Shown here: in pieces, positions 10,878 through 19,466 of the stretch
Layout of the letters: each line of letters opens with the position of its first letter
How positions within the stretch are numbered: the first letter of the stretch is position 1
DNA from: Staphylococcus phage CUB-EPI_14
DNA: 46,098 nt
Strand: one strand, 5' to 3'
Sequence record: ON325435.2
Notes under the pieces: generated by a model
Told to the model about the DNA's origin: nothing
What the model saw: the letters and a program-made list of their open reading frames with translations, nothing else
Database searches by the model: none
Program-made: the position numbers and the translations under genes

Positions 10878-11257
10878 GCACTACAGCCCCTAGCTTAGAG
10901 GAAACAATCGTATACCGATTATCTGATAAGTTAGGTGGTAGAAGTGAGGTCGTGAGCGCGCCTTTCGTTGAGCTATTGAGTTACATAATAACAAGCATAG
11001 AAGAGGACAAAGCGAAAGTAGAAGAAAAACAAGTCGAATACTATCTCAACTTTATTGCTATGCTTAATAGTAATCCTCAAAACGAAAAGCAAGCTAAAGA
11101 AACTGATAAATTTATGAAGAGTATCAAACCTAAACTCAATAAAAACAAGCCGAAAGATCAAATAGAAACATCTCAAAAAAATTATCAGTGGCCTGAAAGA
11201 GTTCGCAAAAAAATGGAACAAAAACAAAGAGAACGAGAACAACAGCAACAACAATAA
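10820..11257 (+). CDS. tail assembly chaperone T segment, expressed as a G-T fusion by programmed -1 frameshift
   Basis: The slippery heptamer A_AAA_AAG lies at 10814-10820 in the G frame. The -1 frame is open from 10820 through the annotated 10952..11257 ORF with no stop. This is the standard gpG/gpGT arrangement before the TMP gene. Confidence 0.5.
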   Translation, partial: VRQLVEADVQTQQQQRGTVSTTAPSLEETIVYRLSDKLGGRSEVVSAPFVELLSYIITSIEEDKAKVEEKQVEYYLNFIAMLNSNPQNEKQAKETDKFMKSIKPKLNKNKPKDQIETSQKNYQWPERVRKKMEQKQREREQQQQQ

Positions 11258-11319
11258 TTATCGCCCCCCACTGTTAGTCTAATCAGTGGGGGTATTTTAT
11301 AGTAAAAGGAGGTTGTCGA

Positions 11320-14300
11320 ATGGCAAGTGTAAAGGAGTTATACGCCAAGATAAGCGCTACAGCTGAAGGCTTTAACAAAACAATGGATAGCATATCACAA
11401 AAAACAAGACAGACAGCTAAGAGCATATCCAGTCAATCAGGCGTAATGAGTAAAAGCCTAGAAGGTATCGGTAAAGCTGGGCGTAGCTTTGACAACATAG
11501 GAAACAAAATACAAAATGTTTCTAAAAATGTTGGTGGCGTTGGCGAAAAAATGACTAACTCTATAACTAAGCCAGCAGGTATTGCAGCTGGTGCAGTTGG
11601 TGGACTTGTCGGTGCTTTAGGTTTCAAACGTCTTGTCGGAATGGATCAGGCAGAAGCTAAGTTAAAAGGTATCGGTCTTGCTGGTAAAGACGTTACAAAG
11701 ATACAAAACCAAGTATCTAAGTCTATCGAAGGTAGTATGACAACTATGGCCGAAGGTACTGACTTAGCAGCCGGTGCTTTAGGATCAGGTGTTAAAGAAG
11801 GAAAAGAATTAGAAAAATACATAAAAGCAGCAGGTAACGCTGCAGTAGGTGCTAATGTACCTGTATCTGAAATGGGACAAATATTCAGTCGTGTTAAAGG
11901 TCAGGGTAAATTGGCCGGAACTGAACTACAAATGATGGAAGAACGTTTGCCGGGCTTCACTTCTACTATGGCAAGAGAAATGGGCTTGTCTATGGAAGAA
12001 TTTAGAAACAAAGTTTCTGAAGGTGAGGTTGGATATGACGAGTTCTTAAAAGGGGTTGAAGCTAGAGCTGGTAAGTCGGCAGAGGCTCAATCTCAAACAT
12101 TTATGGGTATGCTTACCAACACTAAAAACTATTTAGGAATGATTGGAGAAGCATTTCTACAACCAGCATTTAAAGAGGCTAAAGTTGTATTGGCTGATCT
12201 CGTTAATACATTAAATAGTGACTCATTAAGACAAAGTGCTGCAGAAGCAGGGAAAGTAGTAGCGCCAGCGTTCGCTTTTCTAGCTAAAGCAGTCACAGGA
12301 ACAGTTAAGGCTTTCTTAAATCTACCCGGACCGGTGTTAGGTGCAATTGGTGCTTTAGGTGGTATATTAATTGCAATCGGTCCAGTGCTAACAGGTTTTG
12401 CTAAATTAGGTGGTATGATCGGAGGAATGTTCAAAACGTTCGGTTCATTACTATCATTCGTGTCAGCATTAAACCCAGTCGGACTAATTATCATGGGTAT
12501 CGTTGCGGCAGTCGCAGCATTAGGAACAGCTTTCTATATCGCCTATCAGAAATCAGAAACATTTAGAAACTTCATCAACGGTATAGGCACTATGATAAGT
12601 GGTGCTATTGGTTGGGTTAAACAATTCGGCCAAGCAATTGGCGCGCTTTTCTCAGGAAACACTGGAGAAGGCGTCAACATATTAGAAAAACTAGGATTTA
12701 ATCAAAGTCAAATATCAGCGATACAGGGTATGGTATCAAGTCTTAAAAGTATATTTACTGAATTAGGACGAGTGTTAGCGATAACATTTAATGAGATGAA
12801 AGGCGCTTGGAATGGAGTAGCTAGTGCATTCACTGGATCAATTCCATTTATTAAAATGGCGTTCTCTAACATGGTAGCAATACTAGGTCCGATATTTATG
12901 GCTTTAGTGAATGTTGTTAAGACAGTGTTCACAACTATAATTTCTGTCATTCGTGGCGCTTTCCAAATGATACAGGGCGTTATACAAATATTTAGCGGTC
13001 TTGTACAGGGCGACTGGTCGTTAGTATGGCAAGGCGTAGTAAATATATTCAAAGGTTTCTTTGGTATATTATTTGCCTTAGTTAAACAGCTTGTCATGAC
13101 GCTATTCTATATAGTTAAAGGATTGGCTACTAGTTTAGGTAATGCCTTACGCATTGCTTTTGGCGTCGTCAAAAATATCATCGTCGGTATTTTCAACGGT
13201 ATCAAGTGGGTAGTAGTTACAATATTTAAAGGCATGGTTAATGCTATCGTTGTCAGCGCACAAACATTGTGGTTGAGAATAACACAAATTTTTAATGCAC
13301 TTAAATTTGCTATTACAGCTATATGGAATGGAATTAAATTTGTTTCTGTAGCAGTATGGAATAGTATTAAGTTTTTAGTAGTTGGTTTCGTTCGAACTAT
13401 GAAAAATTTAATAATGATGATACTTGGCGGACTGAAAGCCGGTATATTGGCAATTTGGAACGGAATCAAGTTTGTCACAATGTTTGTTTGGAATTTAATT
13501 AAGAACAGAGTTATAGCCAATGCTCGTATCATGAAGAATTTAGTCGTTGCCATATTTAGAAGTTTAAAAGCTATCGTTTCTGCTATATGGAACGGACTTA
13601 AAAACTTTGTCATCTTAGTATGGAATGCATTAAAAAATAGAGTAATTGCAATTACTCGTATTTTGAAAAATATCGTAATTTCAGTAATACGAATAATGAA
13701 AAACATCGTCATTGCAACATTTAGAATAATGAAAAACATCATTATCGCAGTGTGGAACGCAGCTAAGAATAGAATTATCGCTGTTGCTCGTATCATGAAG
13801 AACATCGTTATTGCAGTTATTCGTACATTGAAGAATGTTGTTATTAGTATATTTAGAGCATTGAAAAATGTAGCAATTGCTATATGGAATGGAATTAAAA
13901 ACAAAGTAATCGCTTTAGCTCGAACAATGAAGAACGTTGCTATATCAATAATTCGAGCAATGAAAAACGCGATACTCGCAATTTGGAAAGCACTCAAAAA
14001 CGTAACGCTTTCAATTTGGAATGCAATTAAAAATAAAGTAATCGGATTAGCTCGCGCTTTGAAGAACACTGCACTTAGTGTGTTCCGATCATTGAAGTCA
14101 GGTATTACTGGAATATGGAATGCCATAAAATCTGTTACTTCTAAAGTTTGGAACGGAATTAAAAATGTAGCTATCGGCGCAGCTAAAGGAATGAAAAGTA
14201 AAGTCTTAGGTTTATTTGGATCCATGAAAAATGGAATCAAAAAACAAATTGATAACATCAAAGGCTTTATGGATAAAATGGTTGGCGGCGTTAAAAAAGG

Positions 14301-16152
14301 CCTTAATGGATTAATCAAAGGTGTTAACTGGGTAGCCGGCAAACTAGGTATGGACAAGCTACCAGAGATAAAACTACATAGCGGTACTGTGGGTGGTGGA
14401 CGTCTTGTAAGAAACGGAAAACTAAACACAGGCACAATGGCTACTGTAGGAGATAAAGGTCGAGGAAATGGACCGGGTGGCTTTAGAAATGAAATGATAC
14501 GCTATCCTAACGGAAGAATGGCACTAACACCTGATAAAGACACAACAACATTCTTGCCTAAAGGTTCAAGCGTATATAGCGGCGCGCAAACACATTCATT
14601 ATTGAGTAGCTTACCTAAGTTTTCTACTGGTACTAATCCATTAGGCAGTGGAAACAAAAAGCCTAAGAAAAAGAAAAAAGGCGACAACTTATTCGGCGAC
14701 GCGTGGGACGCAACCAAAGCTGGTGCCGCTAAAGTTGTTGACGGTGGTAAAGCCGTTGTTAGCAAAACACTCGACGCTGCCGCTAAAGGTAAAAAGTGGC
14801 TAGGCGATAAAGTCGGAGATGTGCTTGATTGGATAGATAAACCTGAAAAACTATTGGAAAAAGTTCTCGAAGGCTTTGGAGTGAACTTAGATAGCTTCGG
14901 AATAGGTAAAGCAGCAGAATTACCTTACAACATGATGAAAGGTATGTACGGAAAACTTAAAAAAGCTGCAATAGATAAATTTAAAGAATGGTTTGAAGAA
15001 AGTTCAGCAGGTGACGGTGGTTACATCGACCTTTCAAAAGGTATCAACTTTGGCTTTGCGCCTTCAGCAGCATCAGCAGCAGCGCAAGGTTATCCATTCG
15101 CTCGTCCGCACTATGGATTAGACATTAACTATAAATACGACAAAGTCTATTCAACGTTATCCGGTACTGCAACAGGTAGTTCCGGTTGGAATGGTGGTTT
15201 CGGTCAAAACATGTGGATAAGAGCTGGTAATGGCTTAGAAGCTATCTACGGACACCTTCACAAATTAGCTTTCAGCGGTAAAAAACGTGTCAAACCCGGT
15301 ACTTACTTAGGTATTTCCGGTGGGGATCCGGGACGCGATGGACAAAACGCCGGAAGTTCTACAGGTCCACACTTACACTATGAAATGAGAAGAAACGGTA
15401 AACCATTCGATCCGACAGGTTGGCTTAAAAAACACAACGGCGGTGGCAAAGTCGGTGGCAGTGGATCAGGAAACGCACGTAAGGCAATCAAGAAAGCACA
15501 AGCAATTTTAGGCGGTCGTTACAAATCATCTTATATTACTGAACAAATGATGAGAGTTGCCAAACGTGAATCCAACTTCCAAGCTGACGCAGTCAACGAC
15601 TGGGACGTCAATGCTAGAGCTGGAACACCTTCTAAAGGTATGTTCCAAATGATTGAACCATCTTTTAAAGCATATGCTAAAAAAGGACATGGGAACATAT
15701 TAAATCCAACTGACCAAGCTATATCAGCTATGCGCTACATTGTAGGTAAATGGGTTCCTATTATGGGAAGTTGGAAAAGTGCGTTTAAACGTGCAGGAGA
15801 TTATGCCTATGCTAACGGTGGTATTGTTAATTCGCCAGAGTTAGCATGGATTGCCGAAGGTGGTTTCAGTGAGTCTGTTATAAGTCATGACCCTAGAAAA
15901 CGTATGAGAAGTAAAAGCATACATGATAAAACAGGCAAAATGCTCGGTGTTGATGATGATACGCAAATGTTACGAGAAATCATTAATATTCTTGAAGCTG
16001 GCAACCACTTACAATCTGTTAATAATAACGCTGTTAATAGATTGTTAGATAAAAACGTCGACATCTATATGGATAAGAAAAAACTAACACAAGCGGTCAA
16101 CAATCAGTCAGCGGACTTATTCAATTCCGGTATGTATAATCAGGGAGGTTAA
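11320..16152 (+). CDS. tape measure protein with C-terminal M23 peptidase and lytic transglycosylase-like domains
   Basis: 1610-aa ORF. It contains about 25 tandem 11-residue repeats (IWNGIKNxVIA type). It has an M23 signature (GLDINYKYD...GPHLHYEMRRNGKPFDP) and an SLT-like segment (ESNFQADAVNDW...GMFQMIEPSF). Confidence 0.9.
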   Translation: MASVKELYAKISATAEGFNKTMDSISQKTRQTAKSISSQSGVMSKSLEGIGKAGRSFDNIGNKIQNVSKNVGGVGEKMTNSITKPAGIAAGAVGGLVGALGFKRLVGMDQAEAKLKGIGLAGKDVTKIQNQVSKSIEGSMTTMAEGTDLAAGALGSGVKEGKELEKYIKAAGNAAVGANVPVSEMGQIFSRVKGQGKLAGTELQMMEERLPGFTSTMAREMGLSMEEFRNKVSEGEVGYDEFLKGVEARAGKSAEAQSQTFMGMLTNTKNYLGMIGEAFLQPAFKEAKVVLADLVNTLNSDSLRQSAAEAGKVVAPAFAFLAKAVTGTVKAFLNLPGPVLGAIGALGGILIAIGPVLTGFAKLGGMIGGMFKTFGSLLSFVSALNPVGLIIMGIVAAVAALGTAFYIAYQKSETFRNFINGIGTMISGAIGWVKQFGQAIGALFSGNTGEGVNILEKLGFNQSQISAIQGMVSSLKSIFTELGRVLAITFNEMKGAWNGVASAFTGSIPFIKMAFSNMVAILGPIFMALVNVVKTVFTTIISVIRGAFQMIQGVIQIFSGLVQGDWSLVWQGVVNIFKGFFGILFALVKQLVMTLFYIVKGLATSLGNALRIAFGVVKNIIVGIFNGIKWVVVTIFKGMVNAIVVSAQTLWLRITQIFNALKFAITAIWNGIKFVSVAVWNSIKFLVVGFVRTMKNLIMMILGGLKAGILAIWNGIKFVTMFVWNLIKNRVIANARIMKNLVVAIFRSLKAIVSAIWNGLKNFVILVWNALKNRVIAITRILKNIVISVIRIMKNIVIATFRIMKNIIIAVWNAAKNRIIAVARIMKNIVIAVIRTLKNVVISIFRALKNVAIAIWNGIKNKVIALARTMKNVAISIIRAMKNAILAIWKALKNVTLSIWNAIKNKVIGLARALKNTALSVFRSLKSGITGIWNAIKSVTSKVWNGIKNVAIGAAKGMKSKVLGLFGSMKNGIKKQIDNIKGFMDKMVGGVKKGLNGLIKGVNWVAGKLGMDKLPEIKLHSGTVGGGRLVRNGKLNTGTMATVGDKGRGNGPGGFRNEMIRYPNGRMALTPDKDTTTFLPKGSSVYSGAQTHSLLSSLPKFSTGTNPLGSGNKKPKKKKKGDNLFGDAWDATKAGAAKVVDGGKAVVSKTLDAAAKGKKWLGDKVGDVLDWIDKPEKLLEKVLEGFGVNLDSFGIGKAAELPYNMMKGMYGKLKKAAIDKFKEWFEESSAGDGGYIDLSKGINFGFAPSAASAAAQGYPFARPHYGLDINYKYDKVYSTLSGTATGSSGWNGGFGQNMWIRAGNGLEAIYGHLHKLAFSGKKRVKPGTYLGISGGDPGRDGQNAGSSTGPHLHYEMRRNGKPFDPTGWLKKHNGGGKVGGSGSGNARKAIKKAQAILGGRYKSSYITEQMMRVAKRESNFQADAVNDWDVNARAGTPSKGMFQMIEPSFKAYAKKGHGNILNPTDQAISAMRYIVGKWVPIMGSWKSAFKRAGDYAYANGGIVNSPELAWIAEGGFSESVISHDPRKRMRSKSIHDKTGKMLGVDDDTQMLREIINILEAGNHLQSVNNNAVNRLLDKNVDIYMDKKKLTQAVNNQSADLFNSGMYNQGG
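13200..14180 (+). repeat. about 33-nt (11-codon) tandem repeat array inside the TMP gene
   Basis: The protein shows 11-aa periodicity with W/F/R at fixed positions (AIWNGIKNFVI LVWNALKNRVI AITRILKNIVI ...). This produces the spurious 442-aa minus-strand ORF 13107..14435. Confidence 0.8.
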
Positions 16153-16155
16153 CAA

Positions 16156-16998
16156 ATGGAGAGTTGTAAGAAAAGCTGGGTAGAAGTAATGTTCAAAAAT
16201 AAAACGTATAATCTAGCAAATATTGACGGTTTATACATACAAAACATATCAACTACACACCCAGTAGGAGAAAACGATCAAATAGAAATCAAGGGGGTTG
16301 ACGGTGTTATTCCAGCGCCGTCAACATATAAACCCTTCGAACTAGAAATAGAACTCATGTATAGAGGCGTAGACGCAAAAGACGTTGAGCTTTTAGTATT
16401 CAGACTTAATAACTTTTTAAGTGTAAGAGAGCCTTACTATATTAGACATTCGAACATGCCCGGACTTAAATATGCTGTATTGCCTAATCCTAAAATTGAA
16501 GATGAATATAAAACATTAAGAGATAGAACAATAAAAATAACTTTTAATTGTTATAAAGGTTATAGCGAAAGTTATGAAGCAACTAACAAGATGAATTTCA
16601 TCAATGACGATTGGCAATTCCAAGAAGGTTTAAAAGCAGCAGATAAACTAAAATATGTACATTATGATTGGGGTTATGAAATATATAATGGTTCAAGTGA
16701 CTACATAAACCCGTTTAACCAAAGTTTAACTATTAAATTGAACTTAGACGCCCCTAAAGGTTTTACATTACACAACAAGACAACAGGCGATAAATTTGAA
16801 TATTATGAACCATTAAAGATAAATGAAACGTTTGAATTGCGAGATGTTTATCCTATAAAAAACTATAGTGAGCATGTAGGACACTTAACTAATTTTGAAT
16901 GGATTACGTTAGCGCCCGGATATAATGATATAGAAATATATGGACGCGACTTAGGATATACAAAGAGTGAATGGATATTTAACTTCACATTCAAGTAG
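16156..16998 (+). CDS. distal tail protein (Dit)
   Basis: 280-aa ORF directly after the TMP gene, as in siphovirus baseplate modules. Confidence 0.55.
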   Translation: MESCKKSWVEVMFKNKTYNLANIDGLYIQNISTTHPVGENDQIEIKGVDGVIPAPSTYKPFELEIELMYRGVDAKDVELLVFRLNNFLSVREPYYIRHSNMPGLKYAVLPNPKIEDEYKTLRDRTIKITFNCYKGYSESYEATNKMNFINDDWQFQEGLKAADKLKYVHYDWGYEIYNGSSDYINPFNQSLTIKLNLDAPKGFTLHNKTTGDKFEYYEPLKINETFELRDVYPIKNYSEHVGHLTNFEWITLAPGYNDIEIYGRDLGYTKSEWIFNFTFK

Positions 16999-17010
16999 GA
17001 GGTTAGTTAA

Positions 17011-19464
17011 TTGAAAGATTTAGTGTTATCAAATAGAAATTTCACATTTCAAGAGTTAATAGTCGACTATAACCTAGAGTCGCTATCTATTGAATACAGT
17101 TTAAACGATAACAGAGGGATAACTTTTGAAATTCCTAAAACAAAAAGAAATGCTTTTTTATACGACAAGATATTACCTGATATGCTTTTAATTTGGGAAG
17201 ATCAATATTACACAATTATCACATCAGACGAAGCAGCTTCAGGAAATCAACGTACAAAAACAGTAGAAGCTAAGCATATTTTTATGGAGTCACAATATAT
17301 CTACATTGAAAGAGATTTATCAAAAGACAAAATAAACGAAGATGTTGAAGATATAGAAACAGACGATAATGGCGTTGTCAAAGATAAAAAGAAAAAGAAA
17401 CCTAACGAAGATGTGTCCGACAGCATAGCAGATAGTAATATAGATGTTGTAGCAGATAAGATATATAAATTCTTAATTAATAAAGGCATGGCCAAGTATC
17501 AAATCTATGGGATATTAGGTAATGCAAAAGCCGAAAGTGGAATGAACCCTGCCGCTGAACAAGTCGAGGGAGATCCTGACAGAGGTGGTAAAGGTCTATT
17601 TCAATGGGACGATAGAAAGTACAACTTATATAAATTTGCTGAAAATAACAACACAACATGGCAAGATCCTGACGTTCAATTAAAGTTCATGTGGAGTGAA
17701 TTAAATTCGACTGAAGCATATGCAATGAAAAAGTTAGAAGCTACAAATAACACAAGAGAAGCAGCTTTAGCATTTCATAGATATTTCGAACGTAGTGCAG
17801 ATGACACGCAAAAAGAAAAGCGACGTGTCACTTATGCTTTAGAATACAGAGATATGTTTGAAGATAAAGATAACAGCCCTGACGAAGTGGCTAACAGTGA
17901 TTGGTTAGATATAAGCAAAGGTATCAATTACGGTTTCGGACAGGGTGGCGCATATGAACAAGAAACTGGCGTCGCAAGACATGACGGTATTGATTTAAAT
18001 TACGTATACGATCCTGTTTATTCTGTTATCAAAGGTTTAGTAAAAGTCGGTTGGGATCCTAGAGGATATGGAAACTATGTAATGATAAGTGATGGTGCTG
18101 GCTTAGATGTTATATACGGACATTTAAGTGAAGTACACGTCACAACCAATCAACAAGTTGTACCCGGTACACCGTTAGGAATAAGCGGTAACACTGGTTT
18201 CAGTACAGGACCGCATTTACATTTTGAAATGAGAAAAAACGGTGTTGCGTTTGATCCTATGAATTGGATTAGATCAAATAAAGGCGGTACTATTTCTGAT
18301 GATGACATGACTAATACTGGCGCTACAGAGGACGCAAAAGACCTTTACAGTGTAGACTCATACTTAGATTATGGCTTTAAAAACAATAAAGCTGGTTTCA
18401 CTTATGAAATAGTTGGAGATTTTCCTGACTTTAAAGCTATAGATAAAATAGGGGATAAAAACCTATTACAACACATTGTCGACGGTGCGAATGTTTTCGG
18501 TTATATCTATTATGCCGATAACAAGAACATCAAGATATACGATAAGGCGACGTTCTACAAATTCGAAAACTACCCTATTGTCTTTAAATATAATAGTGAT
18601 GATTTGCAAGTTAAAACTAACATTACAGATTTAGAAACATTTATAAGAGGATATGGTGGTAAGAAGAATACGAGCGACACTAAAAACTACAATCCAATAA
18701 GAAATAAAGATTTAAAGTTAAAAGGTAACTTCACTAAAAAAGGAACATGGAACACTGAAGAAATTGGATCATATTATGAAAGTGACTTCGTAGCTAAATA
18801 CGGAAATGAAACACTACAATGGAATTTGAAAAAAGGTAAACAGGGCGGAACTGTTACTGTTTACTTAGACGGAGAAAAGGTTAACAGTTTCAATCAATAT
18901 AATGAAGAGGCTGGCACTGATAAAGTTATACTCAAACGTGGATTAGATAAAGGAGAGCATAACATAAAAGTTGAATTTTCCGGCGCTTCTAATGGTGTTG
19001 ACTATGAAGAAAAGAAACCCGTCATGTATGTTCAAACTAATAAAAGCGATGTATTTAATTTAACTGCAGTTTTAAGTGGTAAAGAGGTTTACAACTTCTA
19101 TGCAGAATACAAATCGCCACTATACGACACATATACACCAAGAGAAGCGCCTACAGTCTATGAAGATAGTGTCAAAAGCGAAGATGAATTAAAAAAGATA
19201 ATAAAAGAAAAAATAAAGGAAGAGCCAACAGTTGAAGTATCAACGAACTATCTAAGTTATGATAAAATAGAAGCTAACAGTAAGGTTAGGCTAGTGCATA
19301 AGGAAATGGGCTTTAATACCGATTTAGAAGTCGTGGAACTTAAAAAAGGACACCCTCGCGTAAACAAACCGGTAGAGGTTACATTCACAAATAATAGAAC
19401 GGATATATTAAAATATCAACGTGCATTAAACCAAGCTGTTAGAAAAATGGAATTAGGAGGGTAA
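17011..19464 (+). CDS. tail-associated lysin (Tal-like) with lysozyme-like and M23 peptidase domains
   Basis: 817-aa ORF. It has a tail-lysozyme-like segment (YGILGNAKAESGMNPAAEQVEGDPDRGGKGLFQWDDRKYN) and an M23 segment (GIDLNYVYDP...GPHLHFEMRKNGVAFDP). Confidence 0.7.
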   Translation: MKDLVLSNRNFTFQELIVDYNLESLSIEYSLNDNRGITFEIPKTKRNAFLYDKILPDMLLIWEDQYYTIITSDEAASGNQRTKTVEAKHIFMESQYIYIERDLSKDKINEDVEDIETDDNGVVKDKKKKKPNEDVSDSIADSNIDVVADKIYKFLINKGMAKYQIYGILGNAKAESGMNPAAEQVEGDPDRGGKGLFQWDDRKYNLYKFAENNNTTWQDPDVQLKFMWSELNSTEAYAMKKLEATNNTREAALAFHRYFERSADDTQKEKRRVTYALEYRDMFEDKDNSPDEVANSDWLDISKGINYGFGQGGAYEQETGVARHDGIDLNYVYDPVYSVIKGLVKVGWDPRGYGNYVMISDGAGLDVIYGHLSEVHVTTNQQVVPGTPLGISGNTGFSTGPHLHFEMRKNGVAFDPMNWIRSNKGGTISDDDMTNTGATEDAKDLYSVDSYLDYGFKNNKAGFTYEIVGDFPDFKAIDKIGDKNLLQHIVDGANVFGYIYYADNKNIKIYDKATFYKFENYPIVFKYNSDDLQVKTNITDLETFIRGYGGKKNTSDTKNYNPIRNKDLKLKGNFTKKGTWNTEEIGSYYESDFVAKYGNETLQWNLKKGKQGGTVTVYLDGEKVNSFNQYNEEAGTDKVILKRGLDKGEHNIKVEFSGASNGVDYEEKKPVMYVQTNKSDVFNLTAVLSGKEVYNFYAEYKSPLYDTYTPREAPTVYEDSVKSEDELKKIIKEKIKEEPTVEVSTNYLSYDKIEANSKVRLVHKEMGFNTDLEVVELKKGHPRVNKPVEVTFTNNRTDILKYQRALNQAVRKMELGG

Positions 19465-19466
19465 CA

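Noticed and set aside
13107-14435. 442-aa ORF on the minus strand
   Set aside because: It lies entirely within the tape measure gene's 33-nt tandem repeat array. The frame is open by repeat periodicity. It is hydrophobic low-complexity sequence with no SD context.
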